Shown piece by piece: positions 47,453 through 56,292 of a stretch of DNA of 64,000 nucleotides. The stretch lies in the NCBI GenBank assembly GCA_963707985.1, contig CAVPRW010000003.1, positions 64,001 to 128,000 of the forward strand, in the 5' to 3' direction. Below the pieces are notes generated by a model, which made no database searches, had not been told where the DNA came from, and saw nothing but the letters and a program-made list of their open reading frames with translations. Source of the DNA: an uncultured Nitrospinota bacterium. Lineage in GTDB: Bacteria > Tectomicrobia > Entotheonellia > J063 > CAVPRW01. Made by a program: the position numbers and the translations under genes. The number at the start of each line of letters is the position of its first letter. Position 1 is the first letter of the stretch.

Positions 47453-48637
47453 ATGTGGGAAAACAGATGTAAGGTGGCCGTCAGCGGCGTGGGATACTCG
47501 AAATTAACCCGGTCGGCGGATGTCCCCCTGGCCGCGCGTGCGCTGGAGGCAGTCAAAGCCGCCGTTGACGACTCCGGGTTGGATATGTCAGAAGTCGATG
47601 GACTGGCGACTTACGCGGAGTTACCGGCGACGGGGCACGCCATTGTGGACGGCATCAGCATCGTGTCGGTCAATTGTATGATGGCGATGCTGAAGCTCCC
47701 GAATCTGAGCTGGCACATCCAGGTGGAGACCGTCAATATCGGCGGTGCCGTCCAGCAGGCCGTTAACGCGCTCTTGGCTGGAGTCTGCAGATATGCGGTG
47801 GTCTGGCGGGCGATGCACAATCCCCGCGGCACCTATCAGAACTTGCCCGGTAGCTACGCTCAGGGAGCGGCGCAGTTCACCGCCCCGTATGGGTTTGGCG
47901 GCCCCGGTCAGGGCATGGCGGTGGCATACACCCGCTATCTGGAACGGCACAACCAGAATCGGGAGAAGATGGCCACCCTGGCCGTGACCCAACGTAAACA
48001 CGCCAACATGAACCCTGATGCCTACTTCTACAATACGCCGCTGACGCGAGAGGACTACCTGAATTCCAGAATGGTCGCTTATCCGTTTTGCCTGTTCGAC
48101 TGCGATATCCCGGTGCAGGGGGCTGTCGCGATCGTGCTGACGACCGCCGATCGGGCCCGCGATTTGAAACCACGCCCGGCTTATATCGCGGGTTATGGTC
48201 AGCGGCTGGCCTTCGAGGTGGCAGGGCGCATCGGCAGTCTGAGTAACTACATGGAGGGTGGCAGCAGCTCCGCCCGCCTCACGTGGGAGCGATCAGGGTT
48301 CACCCCCCAGGATGTCGATGTGGCACAGATCTACGACGGCTTCTCCGCCTCGGTCATCTACGGCCTGGAGTCCTACGGATTCTGTCAGGAGGGCGAGGCG
48401 CTGGATTTCATTCAGGGCGGACGCATCGAACTGGATGGCGAGCTACCCCTGAACACCTTCGGTGGGAGCCTGAGCACCGGGCGCATCCATGGGCTATCCC
48501 ATATCATTGAGGGAGCACTGCAAGCGTCAGGACGGGCGGGGGAGCGCCAGGTCAAAGATGTGCAGGTCTCCTTCGTTGGCGCCAGTGCGCCCATTGTGCA
48601 GGGGACGACATTCATCTTCGTCAGGGAACCCTATTGA
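47453..48637 (+). CDS. Thiolase-superfamily protein (SCP2/Ltp2-like)
   Basis: VAVSGVGYS, LFDCDIPVQGA, AQIYDGF, LNTFGGSLSTGRIHG; paired with DUF35. Confidence 0.9.
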   Translation: MWENRCKVAVSGVGYSKLTRSADVPLAARALEAVKAAVDDSGLDMSEVDGLATYAELPATGHAIVDGISIVSVNCMMAMLKLPNLSWHIQVETVNIGGAVQQAVNALLAGVCRYAVVWRAMHNPRGTYQNLPGSYAQGAAQFTAPYGFGGPGQGMAVAYTRYLERHNQNREKMATLAVTQRKHANMNPDAYFYNTPLTREDYLNSRMVAYPFCLFDCDIPVQGAVAIVLTTADRARDLKPRPAYIAGYGQRLAFEVAGRIGSLSNYMEGGSSSARLTWERSGFTPQDVDVAQIYDGFSASVIYGLESYGFCQEGEALDFIQGGRIELDGELPLNTFGGSLSTGRIHGLSHIIEGALQASGRAGERQVKDVQVSFVGASAPIVQGTTFIFVREPY

Positions 48638-49030
48638 CCGATATGGGAAAGCCAGAGCCCAGAGCAACTGCGAAGTATGTCACCAGGCGTATGCTCGGGA
48701 ACTCCTCCTGTAGCAGCGCCACTTGCCGGCGGCCACGCCTGGCCCATGGCTCTTGCCGCCGGTCCCGCACCCACCCTGGCCAATCTCCATTTCACTACAT
48801 CTACGAGCATGCCAAAACGGCTCACCTGAGAAGCCTCTTCGTCGATACATGTTAAGTGGCCGCACTTTCCAGCCCCAGGGATCAATGGCACCAGCGCGTT
48901 GTGGCGTTTTGCCAATCGTTCAGCGGCACGGGATAACGTTCGACTCGCGGCCCGTCAGGCGTCAAGATTGTGTGAAGAGTATTCGTCATTTGCTGATATC
49001 GAACACCTCATGCTGATTTACCAATGATCT

Positions 49031-49810
49031 TTACTGTCCCGACCCACGCGCCGTGATAAGCGCCTGAGCCCAGGCCTGATTGGCCTCAGCCAGGGGTGGG
49101 ATGGGCGGCTGGGTGTAGTCGAGCCGCAGGTCATAGCGGGCGCGGCGGTACAGCGTATGGAGAACGCGATTCAGGGCAACTTCAGGTTCGTCATCGTCTG
49201 GCAATAAGGGGAGGGTAAAAGCGGGAATAGGCTGACGTAGCGTAAAAGCAATGAGCGATGCGCGAGGCCGTTGTATGCCTCGGCTCACGAGGATCCGATA
49301 GTCACTCTGCACCTGTGCACCAACCACCGGCATAGGGTCTCCAGCCCGTAGTAGATCGATCTCGACAAGGTTTGTCCAACTACGGAAGACGTATCCACGC
49401 TTCCGCTCGTACTCCTCCCGTCCCTGCCTGTGCAGCTTATTGACAGGCGAGAGTAATTCCAAGATCGTGACCAGTTTTCCCGTCTTGACCTCGTGGACCT
49501 CAAGGAAATTTTCAGAGATCTCATCCTGCATGGGGACATCCACTTCCAGGACAGTGACGGACGTCGCCACATGGTTCGGGGCAAATCCTAACGCATCAGT
49601 AGCTGAAGCGACGGCAATGTCAGGACGCCCAATGAAGACAAGATCATCTGCTTTCAAGAGGTACGTGCGCCGCTCTAATCCCACATAGTAGCGTGGGGCC
49701 ACACGCTCACTCAGGTCATCAGCCAGGGCAGCAATGAGCCGATTGTGCACATCAGGCCACAGCGAGGGGTGTTCAAGGTAGGGATCCATGCCCGGAAAAG
49801 GAGATTCCAT
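49031..49810 (-). CDS. DUF4058 family protein (restriction-endonuclease-like fold)
   Basis: MESPFPGMDPYLE..WPDVH, RPD, ELLSPVNK, LVEIDLLRAG. Confidence 0.9.
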   Translation of the reverse strand: MESPFPGMDPYLEHPSLWPDVHNRLIAALADDLSERVAPRYYVGLERRTYLLKADDLVFIGRPDIAVASATDALGFAPNHVATSVTVLEVDVPMQDEISENFLEVHEVKTGKLVTILELLSPVNKLHRQGREEYERKRGYVFRSWTNLVEIDLLRAGDPMPVVGAQVQSDYRILVSRGIQRPRASLIAFTLRQPIPAFTLPLLPDDDEPEVALNRVLHTLYRRARYDLRLDYTQPPIPPLAEANQAWAQALITARGSGQ

Positions 49811-49866
49811 AGGTTTATTGTACAGTTGATAGCGCGAGCGGTCAACGCTTTGCATGTGTGGCAGGA

Positions 49867-50307
49867 TTAGGTGTCAGGCCAGAAGGCAGCATCGAGGACC
49901 TGCTCAACAGTCCAGGGACATGTCTCTGGGAAGGTGGGCAGGGGCAAGCGTGTCTGCCGGGCAGCTCTGCGCAGGGCATGCGGATAACACTCCTGCAGCA
50001 GGGTCGGCAACTGCGGGCGCAGACTGGGACTCTCGGTGAGGCAGTCCGGGATACGAGCGCGATTTTCCACGATCGAATCGCGCCAACCGCGGGTCTGATA
50101 GTCCGGCTGATAACGCCACTTCAGCAGATGTAGGACCAGGTTCTCTAGATAGGAGCGGAGCTCTTTCCGCGCACTGCGTCCCAAGTCTTCGATCTCCTCC
50201 ACAAGGTGCTCGCGGTCGATCTCGTGCCACTTCCCTTCCCGCAAGAGCGCGATTTGCTCCTGCGTCCAGCGGTAAAAATCCTGTTCATAGAGCTCGGCGT
50301 TGCGCAT
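49867..50307 (-). CDS. DUF29 family protein
   Basis: LYEQDFYRWTQEQ, EEIEDLGRS, HLLKWRYQP, PETCPW. Confidence 0.93.
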   Translation of the reverse strand: MRNAELYEQDFYRWTQEQIALLREGKWHEIDREHLVEEIEDLGRSARKELRSYLENLVLHLLKWRYQPDYQTRGWRDSIVENRARIPDCLTESPSLRPQLPTLLQECYPHALRRAARQTRLPLPTFPETCPWTVEQVLDAAFWPDT

Positions 50308-50550
50308 GGTTCCTCTCCTATCTCCGGCCATCGTCTACCCCGGCTTTGGGACACCCAAGCTGAGGGGATAGAACCGCATTATACTCCCTGCTCTCGACAG
50401 CATGCTATCACCCTAGGCACAGCAGGCAAGTATAGAGGCAAAGCAGGCGATGGCCAGTGTTGGGGGCAAGGGGCGGGAGCGCAGTGTGTCGCGGAGTTAC
50501 CCGTGCGGTGGGATCCTCGGTTGGGGCTACTGCTGGAGGCAGCGCGACCT

Positions 50551-50740
50551 CTATACTAAAGGGGGCGAGTCGGGTGCAGGTTCCGCGAGGCGGCTGGTCG
50601 ACGGCGCGGACTCTTCGACTATCTTGATTTCCTCCGCCGTCAGGCCGTAGAGGACGTATACCAGATGGTCAATTTCGTGCTCCAAGATACTTGTATCGGC
50701 ATTAGCGTTCTTCCGCTTTGTGTCCAATACCTCCTTCACT
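50551..50740 (-). pseudogene. C-terminal remnant of a type IIG-like restriction-modification protein
   Basis: VKEVLDTKRKNANADTSILEHEIDHLVYVLYGLTAEEIKIVEE matches the typical Eco57I/TaqI-like C-terminus; no upstream part of the gene is present. Confidence 0.75.
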
Positions 50741-53205
50741 TTCACGGTAGCGGAGGTCTTCGTGGATGAGTTCCTCGATTTCTGTGTTCTGGAGAATGTT
50801 GTCCTCGAAGGTGGCGGCGATGTCCACGAGGGCCATGCGGGCTTCGACGCGGTTCTTGAGGTTGATGTACTTGTTGAGGTCTTCGGTGGGCCAGAAGTTG
50901 ACGAGCTGGACGGTGTGACTAGCACTGCCAATGCGGTCAATGCGTCCGAAGCGCTGGATGATTCGGACGGGATTCCAGTGGATGTCGTAGTTGATGAGGT
51001 AATCGCAGTCCTGGAGGTTCTGGCCTTCGGAGATGCAGTCCGTGGCAATGAGGAGGTCGATTTCACCCGTCTGCGGCATGGTGGGAATCTTGTTCCGACA
51101 CTTGGAGCGCGGCGAGAAATTGGTGAGGATGTGGTCGAAGGCGGTTCCGCCAATGGTGGTACGGTTGTCGCCCCTGCCGCACACCAGCGCGACGTGGATG
51201 CCAAGGTCTTTGTGGGCCCACTGCACAAGCGATTCGTAGAGATAGATGGCCGTGTCGGCAAAGGCGGTGAAGACGAGAACCTTTTTGTTTGGTTCGCCGA
51301 GCTTGTTCGTGGTGGGCTCGGCAACCTTGGCGGCGATGAGCTTTTTGAGCTCTTGCAGTTTCGCGTCAGTCTCCGGGCTGACATCCTTGGCGGCGTTGAA
51401 CAGGATGCGGAGCTGGTCTTTGTCCCTTTTGAGATCTTTGAGCCAGTCGTTCAACCGCAAGTGCTGCAGTTGGTAGGTGAATTTCCCGCCGACCAGCAAG
51501 GCTTCTTCCAGTTCTTCGTCCTGTCCAGGGTCGCCGAAGTCGAGTTCCAGTTCATCCGATTCGGGGTCTCTGGTTGGGCAAAGCCTGGAAGTTTCGAATC
51601 TTTTTCTCCAAGGCTTCAATCTTGGCGATGGTGCGGTCCATGGTGATTTCAAACGACTTCACGCAACTCTCCAGGCGCTTGAGGAAGTTCACTTTCATCA
51701 TGCCGATGAGGAACGTCTCGCGGTCGGCCTGCGTGAAGGGGTCGTGAGTCGAGGTTTGGTATGCCTTCTTGAACTTCTCGTAGACATATTTGAATGGGTT
51801 GAACAGGGAGAGCTTGTAGCCCACGATTTCATCGTTGAGCTTATCGTAGGAGAGGAATCGTCCGCGCAGATCGATGTCGGGATAGATCGAGATAGGCTTC
51901 TTCCGCTCCGGAAAACCACCAAGTTGGGCGATGCTCTGGTTGTAGTACCTCTGAATGTGCTTGCGGGAGCGAGCGATGGTGAGTTCGTCGAGTAGTTTGA
52001 AAAAGGCGGCGTTGAGCCTCTCAAGCAGTTCGTTGGTCTTGCGTTCGGAGCTTTGCTGTCGCGCCCAGAAGGAGAACACCTTTTGAGCAGCCGCGAGGGT
52101 TTCTTTGAGGCTGCCGATGCCGAGCGTGTCGGCAAACGCCCAGTCGTCGCCTTCAGTCAGGAAATAGAGCTGGTTGCGCAGGTCTTTCAGGTCATTGTTT
52201 ACCGGTGTCGCTGAGAGGAGAAGCACCTTGGTGCGAACACCGGCCTTGATGATTTCGTCCATAAGCCGCTGATAACGGCTTTTCCGGATGAGGTTGCCGG
52301 CTTCGTCGCGCTTGCCCGGAGTGTTGTTACGGAAGTTGTGCGATTCGTCGATGACAATGAGATCGTAGTTGCCCCAATTGAGCGTTTCGAGGTTGATGTC
52401 ACCGGAATAGCCGCGGTCCCGACTGAGGTCGGTGTGGGCGAGCACGTCGTAGCGGAAGCGGTCGGCAAGGAAAGGATTGAGGCGACTATTGGCTTTGTAA
52501 ACGGCCCAGTTCGGCGTCGGTTTTGCCGGTGTCGTCCAGGAACTTTTCAAAAATGTGGAAGAGGGTCTTGTAATAGATGAACTCCAGCGCGTTGTTCTCG
52601 TAGAGCTGCTGGAGATATTGTAGGACCTCTTGTTTGACATCCTTGACCAGATTGGGATGGCTCCAAAGATCGTCGAACCATTGCTTCAGTTCCTGGCCAT
52701 CGCGATCGCCGTCAACGATGAGGTTCAGCTCGATGTTATTATTGCCGTTGCCCAGGCCTAGGCCGCGCACCGTGAAATTTGAGCTCCCCAAGATGGCCTC
52801 TTCGACTCCTGACGTTGCCACATAATACATCTTGCCGTGCAGCAGGTTGGATTGCTTGATGGTTTTGATGTCGACCTTGCGCTCTATCCAGGCGGCGCAT
52901 TCCTTGGCGACGCGCTTTTGCTGGAGCTTGTTGGCCAGCTCTAGCCCATCGGCATCGATGATAAACGACTTCTTCTCCGTCTTGCTGGGATCGAGTCGGT
53001 TGACGAAGGATGGCTCACCGAACAGGAAATCAAGGTGGTCGATGCGGTCGAGGCACTCTTTGAGCGCGTCGTAAGCGTAAATGGTAAAGTAGGCGGAGAC
53101 AACAGACAGCCGCGAACCGTCCTGAATTTCTCCTTTGAGGAACTCAGCGACAGTCCCGCGTGTATGATTATCGCGAAGTCCCGAGTTGCTAGAGGGCATT
53201 GGCAT
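50741..53205 (-). pseudogene. PLD-nuclease + SNF2-type helicase, internally deleted and C-terminally truncated
   Basis: PLD motif LHGKMY...GSSNFT; IDESHNFRN, LLSATP, DCISEGQNLQ, QRFGRIDRIG. No Walker A motif seen; three frames. Confidence 0.85.
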
Positions 53206-53531
53206 GTGGTTAAGGCTCTTTCACCTTAAGTTGTCCAGGCGCTAATTCAATTTTCTCTTGTAAAGCAATACGTTACAAATCTCATTGCCATTTGCCGTGA
53301 ACATTCTAAACTATTGAAATTCTGTGATCTATTTTCTACAGTTCTACACAGATGTCAACCAAATTTGCGAAAAGATCGGTCAGATCCTGTGCCATCTACC
53401 ACGCTGTGCAGACCCACCTCACTATCGCACCCGCGCGTGCCTCCCGCGTGAGGGCTACGGGTAGACATCGAGAAGAAATGCGTTTAAATTTCCTGTATCA
53501 TAACAGGGCGCTTCCGAAAGAGGTGACAGCT

Positions 53532-53843
53532 ATGACCCAGCTAACAATTGAGATTCCCGATGCACTGGCACGGCGCTTGGCTTGGTTAGCGTCAGAGCAG
53601 AAAAAAAGCGTCGAGCAAGTGGCCGTTGAACAATTAGCATCTTTACTTGAGCCGTCAGCGGAGAATCTTGCGGAAAAATATGAGCGGTTCTTCCAGCAGA
53701 GTGGCCTGTTTGTAGAGCGCTTGGCAGAGGAGAAGCAGCGTTACCAGGCCGTCTCCGAAGAACGATTGAAAGAACTGGCCGCGAAGCTGGGAGCGGCGGG
53801 GCCTCTGTCTGAAGTAATCGTTGCAGAGCGAGGTCGGAACTGA
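53532..53843 (+). CDS. Putative antitoxin (RHH-like) of a VapBC pair
   Basis: MTQLTIEIPDALARRL, C-terminal LSEVIVAERG; TGATG overlap with the PIN gene. Confidence 0.8.
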   Translation: MTQLTIEIPDALARRLAWLASEQKKSVEQVAVEQLASLLEPSAENLAEKYERFFQQSGLFVERLAEEKQRYQAVSEERLKELAAKLGAAGPLSEVIVAERGRN

Positions 53844-54307
53844 TGCCTTTCTACCATTGCGATTCCAGCGGTCTGGTCAAGCGCTACGTAGATGAGGTTG
53901 GCTCCGATTGGGTCAGAGCTATAGTGGCTCCGGCTTCCGCTAACATCGTCAGTATCGTGGACATCACACGGGCTGAAGTGACCGGTGCACTTGCCAGACG
54001 CGCTCGCGAAGGCATCATCACACTGAACGAAAGAGATGAGTTGATCCAGACCTTCCGAGCCCACTGCGCCATGCAATATCGCATTGTCCCGACTCAGCCA
54101 GGGATCATTGATCTTGCCGCTGAACTTGTCCAACGCCATCCACTGCGGGCTTACGACGCAGTGCAGTTGGCTTCCGCCAGTATCGTTAATCAATCGTTAC
54201 TCGCTCATGGCTTGCCACCGCTGATTTTCGTTACCGCAGATGACCGCCTCATCACCGCGACGCGCGGGGAAGCGGTGACAGCAGAGAATCCAAATCTGCA
54301 CTCGTAG
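53843..54307 (+). CDS. vapC: PIN-domain toxin (VapC family)
   Basis: DSSGLVKRYVDE, AEV, LRAYDAVQLASA, FVTADDRL. Confidence 0.92.
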   Translation: MPFYHCDSSGLVKRYVDEVGSDWVRAIVAPASANIVSIVDITRAEVTGALARRAREGIITLNERDELIQTFRAHCAMQYRIVPTQPGIIDLAAELVQRHPLRAYDAVQLASASIVNQSLLAHGLPPLIFVTADDRLITATRGEAVTAENPNLHS

Positions 54308-54660
54308 AGCGAGGTAACGAAGCCGCAATCTCGTCGCGACCTCCTGTGCCCCAGCCCGGAGTTAAGCCGACTGTGCCGCATTGGGAAGTACGTTAGGAGC
54401 TGTGGACCAGCTCGGAGATCCATAGGTGCTTGGCTGGGCCTGACAAGCGCGCTTGACGTCATAGAGCCTTGGGACGACACAGCGCCAAGGCTTCCAGCGC
54501 ATTGAACGGATCGGTATACCACAAGGCTTATACGCGGGGAGCCTCCCCCACGCTACCGCCACCGCCGGGCCACGCCAGGCCCATTGCGCTTGCCTCAGGC
54601 CCAGCCTCACCTGCGCAGGTCCTCTCTGGCCCATCGCGGCGGCGACCTGATTGTGCGTGC

Positions 54661-55506
54661 CTAGCGCAGGACCGCTTCGGCCATGCGCTCTAACTGTGCG
54701 CCCATCTCGGCTTCGGTCTCGACATGTTCGGGCCGCACCACGACACGGTCGGCACCGGCATTGAGGAGCGACTGCACGACCGTCCGGTCCGGGAGCTGGC
54801 CATAGACGGAAATACTAATCGACCTCGGGTCCCGCCCCGCTTCCTTGGCCATGGCGTCGAGCTCTCCGCGGCACTTCTCGATCTCCGCGGGCGTGATGCG
54901 GTTCGGCAACCAGCCATCAGCATGGGCCACCACCCGGCGCAACACGTTCTTGGCGTGTCCCCCGAGGATCACCGGCGGATGCGGCTGCTGGGCGGGTTTG
55001 GGAAAGGATCGCACAGGTGGAAAATTGAAATAACGGCCGTGGTACTCCGCCTCGTCATGGGTCCAGAGGGCCTTCATGACCTCAATGGCTTCCCGGGTCT
55101 GCGTCCAGCGGTGCTCGAAGTCGCCACCCATGAGCTCGGTTTCCTCCCGCAGCCAGCCCGTGCCGATGCCAAACAGGAAGCGTCCGCCGCTAAACCGATC
55201 GAGGCTGGCGATCTCCTTGGCCAGGAGGAGGGGGTTACGCTCGGGTACCAGGGTAATGCCCGTGCCGAGTTTAATGGTGCGGGTGACCCCGGAAGCCCTG
55301 GCCAGGGCGATGTAGGGATCGGTGAAATGGGAATAGGTCCAGGGGATCTCGCCGCCAGTGGACGGGAAGGGGCTGGCGCTGTGCACCGGCACGGCGGGAT
55401 GCTCCGCGTACCAGATCGACTCGAAACCCAGCTCTTCGGCTTTCTTGGCCATAAAGGCCGGGTCGATGGTATAGGCCGGCAGGGGAACGGATGTGCCAAT
55501 ATTCAT
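54661..55506 (-). CDS. LLM-class (probably F420-dependent) oxidoreductase
   Basis: AEELGFESIWYAEH, DPYIALA, LAKEIASLDRFSGGRFLFGIGTGW, PKPAQQPHPP. Confidence 0.92.
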   Translation of the reverse strand: MNIGTSVPLPAYTIDPAFMAKKAEELGFESIWYAEHPAVPVHSASPFPSTGGEIPWTYSHFTDPYIALARASGVTRTIKLGTGITLVPERNPLLLAKEIASLDRFSGGRFLFGIGTGWLREETELMGGDFEHRWTQTREAIEVMKALWTHDEAEYHGRYFNFPPVRSFPKPAQQPHPPVILGGHAKNVLRRVVAHADGWLPNRITPAEIEKCRGELDAMAKEAGRDPRSISISVYGQLPDRTVVQSLLNAGADRVVVRPEHVETEAEMGAQLERMAEAVLR

Positions 55507-55693
55507 GATGAGATACTCCTCTGCTGTGAGGTTAGAATGATGCACAGACAAACGGACAATGAACAGCGGAATAGGGAGAATAAACCACATTTTTCCCACC
55601 GTGTCACCTGATTCGGTCGTTTCCCCCATGATTGCTCGTCTTGATGCACGCCGACAGGGAAGAGGGCTTGCGGCCTGCCAGCGGTGCGAAGCA

Positions 55694-56097
55694 CTAGGAC
55701 GGTAGCATCTTCTGCAACGTCTTTAGGACCGAATCGTCGTCGGGCCGCGTGCGGATGTTCTTGAGCAGACGCTCGACCACCTGTGCGGCTTGTTTCTCGT
55801 CGTATCCCAGAGCCTTCACCTCGGCAATCACCTCAATCTGCTTCTGTAACAAGACGGATATCGCTCATCCCTCGCAGGTGCTGGATGCCGACTTTGGCCA
55901 ACTGCCAGAGGCCAGCCAGCCCCACCAGCCACAGCCCCAGTCGTCACATCAAGGCGTGTTGGCGACTGCTTTTGCACCTCCACGGCTACGCTGTGGGTGA
56001 TGTCTTCCAGCATGCGCCGGACTTCGTCGTCTGCCATGACGCTGGCTTCAAACGCTTCCAGTTCCCGTCTGTCCATCACGACATTGGCCTCCTTCAC
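55694..56097 (-). CDS. Small hypothetical helical protein (~130 aa) with central hydrophobic segment; two frameshifts
   Basis: Manual join: MKEANVVMDRRELEAFEAS... / LAGLWQLAKVGIQHLRGMSD / LLQKQIEVIAEVKALGYDEKQAAQVVERLLKNIRTRPDDDSVLKTLQKMLPS*. Confidence 0.55.
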
Positions 56098-56292
56098 CGT
56101 GTGGTCCTGTCTGTGTCACCCAGACGCTTGCCAGGACATCATACGCGGTAACCAAAAAATTGACACATTGTGCCTGGCAATTGTCGCAGGTGTAGAATCC
56201 ATCAAGCGGATCGTTTCATGCGTCTCAAAAAAGTGCTACGCTGTTGCCATCGAATCATGCGTGAGGCGTCCCAATCTTGGGGGATGAGCGCG

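Noticed and set aside
48720..48860. Possible transposase C-terminal remnant (SPFHYIYEHAK...)
   Set aside because: Too short; no catalytic motif or terminal inverted repeat pair identifiable.
54305..54370. Integron attC or REP-like element after vapC
   Set aside because: TAAC...GTTAAGC lacks a complementary RYYYAAC and an internal palindrome; no integrase; only loose resemblance to REP-like repeats.
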